This document shows, in pieces, positions 63,143-64,000 of a DNA stretch of 64,000 bases. Numbering within the stretch: the first letter of the stretch is position 1; each line of letters starts with the position of its first letter. Both the position numbers and the translations under genes were made by a program. The DNA lies in assembly GCF_036588685.1 (NCBI RefSeq), contig NC_086377.1, forward strand, positions 45,694,001 to 45,758,000. The letters run 5' to 3'. The stretch is from Mytilus trossulus (taxonomy: Eukaryota). The notes beneath the pieces are model-generated. The model was given only the letters and a program-made list of their open reading frames with translations. It was not told where the DNA came from and did not search any database.

Positions 63143-64000
63143 ATGGTTCAGTGTGTTTCCATCAATGTTAATGGTTTGTTAGATGTTGCTAAATTTATAA
63201 AGTTGTGTGCAATCTGTTCTGAAAATAGATATGATATTGTAGCTTTACAGGAAACCTTTTGGAACCCTGATTTTATTGTTGAAAACAAAAAACATTGGAA
63301 TGGTGAAATTTTTTTTTCATGTTCAGATACAAAAAGACAAGGAGTAGCATTTCTTGTTAGTCCAAAGTACAAAAATTATGTCACTGAAATCAAAGGTTTT
63401 GATGGTAGATTTATTTATATTCAACTTGAAGTTGATAACAAAATTATCGACATTGTAAATGTATATTGTCCAAATGTCGTCAATGAAAGAGATCTGTTTC
63501 TGAAAAAAGTAAATGATAATATACCAAAGTCGGATGATTTGATATTGCTTGGTGACTTCAATCAATCACTATCCCCATTGGATAGGGTTGGAAAACATTT
63601 TGAAGATAAAGCTTTTAAATCGCTTAATAATTTATTAGATAGCTTTAACATTTATGATGTGTGGCGCGCTCGATTCCCAACCTCACGGGTATTTTCTTGG
63701 AGACGTGTGATCGAGAACAAATTAGTCCAGAGTCGGATCGATTATATTTTCATTTCTAAAATGTTTACATCGTTCGTTAAAAATGTGTATTATAAACACA
63801 CAGCTTTTACGGATCATTCGTTTGTTGTATTAAATATCGATTTTTCTTTAATCGAACGCGGGCCGGGTGTGTGGATTTTCAATAATATGCTCCTGGACGA
63901 CGAAGTGTATGTTGAAAAAATAAACAATTTAATTATAAACGAAAAGAACTGCCGACTTTATAATGAAGCCCCATTAATTTGGATAGATAATTTAAAATAT
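63143..64000 (+). CDS. retrotransposon ORF2p, APE endonuclease domain (partial, open to window end)
   Basis: MVQCVSINVNGL...DIVALQETFW...GVAFL...VNVYCPN...LLGDFNQ...DVWR...SRIDYIF...FTDH...RGPGVWIFNNMLLDD: the complete APE catalytic motif set, no stop in 286 codons. Confidence 0.95.
   Translation, partial: MVQCVSINVNGLLDVAKFIKLCAICSENRYDIVALQETFWNPDFIVENKKHWNGEIFFSCSDTKRQGVAFLVSPKYKNYVTEIKGFDGRFIYIQLEVDNKIIDIVNVYCPNVVNERDLFLKKVNDNIPKSDDLILLGDFNQSLSPLDRVGKHFEDKAFKSLNNLLDSFNIYDVWRARFPTSRVFSWRRVIENKLVQSRIDYIFISKMFTSFVKNVYYKHTAFTDHSFVVLNIDFSLIERGPGVWIFNNMLLDDEVYVEKINNLIINEKNCRLYNEAPLIWIDNLKY

Larger units (their letters stand above)
61498..64000 (+). mobile_element. non-LTR retrotransposon, L1/Tx1 group, 5' part, inserted in the tRNA array spacer
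   Basis: array consensus ...cactttctaaag|taccaactgg is replaced by ...cactttctaaag|ggacttccgg; ~196-bp 5' UTR, CCHC ORF1, APE ORF2. Confidence 0.92.

Noticed and set aside
61627-63565. Antisense and alternative-frame ORFs (61627-62169, 62341-63087, 63148-63372, 63323-63565 and others)
   Set aside because: Shadows of retrotransposon ORF1/ORF2 with no recognisable motifs.

Overview
AT-rich eukaryotic DNA; the repeat landscape suggests a bivalve such as Mytilus (inference). 1-22 kb: the last eight coding exons of a + strand multi-FAS1 (fasciclin-like) gene with a predicted GPI-anchor C-terminus. Its introns and downstream DNA carry many MITEs and SINEs and an internally deleted Ginger-type transposon, and a ~40-bp minisatellite just after the stop is homologous to the gene's own C-terminal coding sequence. 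22.4-40.9 kb: a near-perfect tandem array of a 1425-bp unit carrying tRNA-Gly(GCC) (-) and tRNA-Glu(TTC) (+). After a 100-N gap, 41.0-61.5 kb: a second, oppositely oriented array of a different 1101/1105-bp unit carrying the same two tRNA genes (32 Gly + 30 Glu genes across both arrays). At 61498 the second array is interrupted, 33 bp downstream of a tRNA-Gly, by a 5'-complete-looking L1/Tx1-group non-LTR retrotransposon (CCHC ORF1; APE-endonuclease ORF2 running off the window). This is the best candidate for an undescribed tRNA-array-targeting retroelement.
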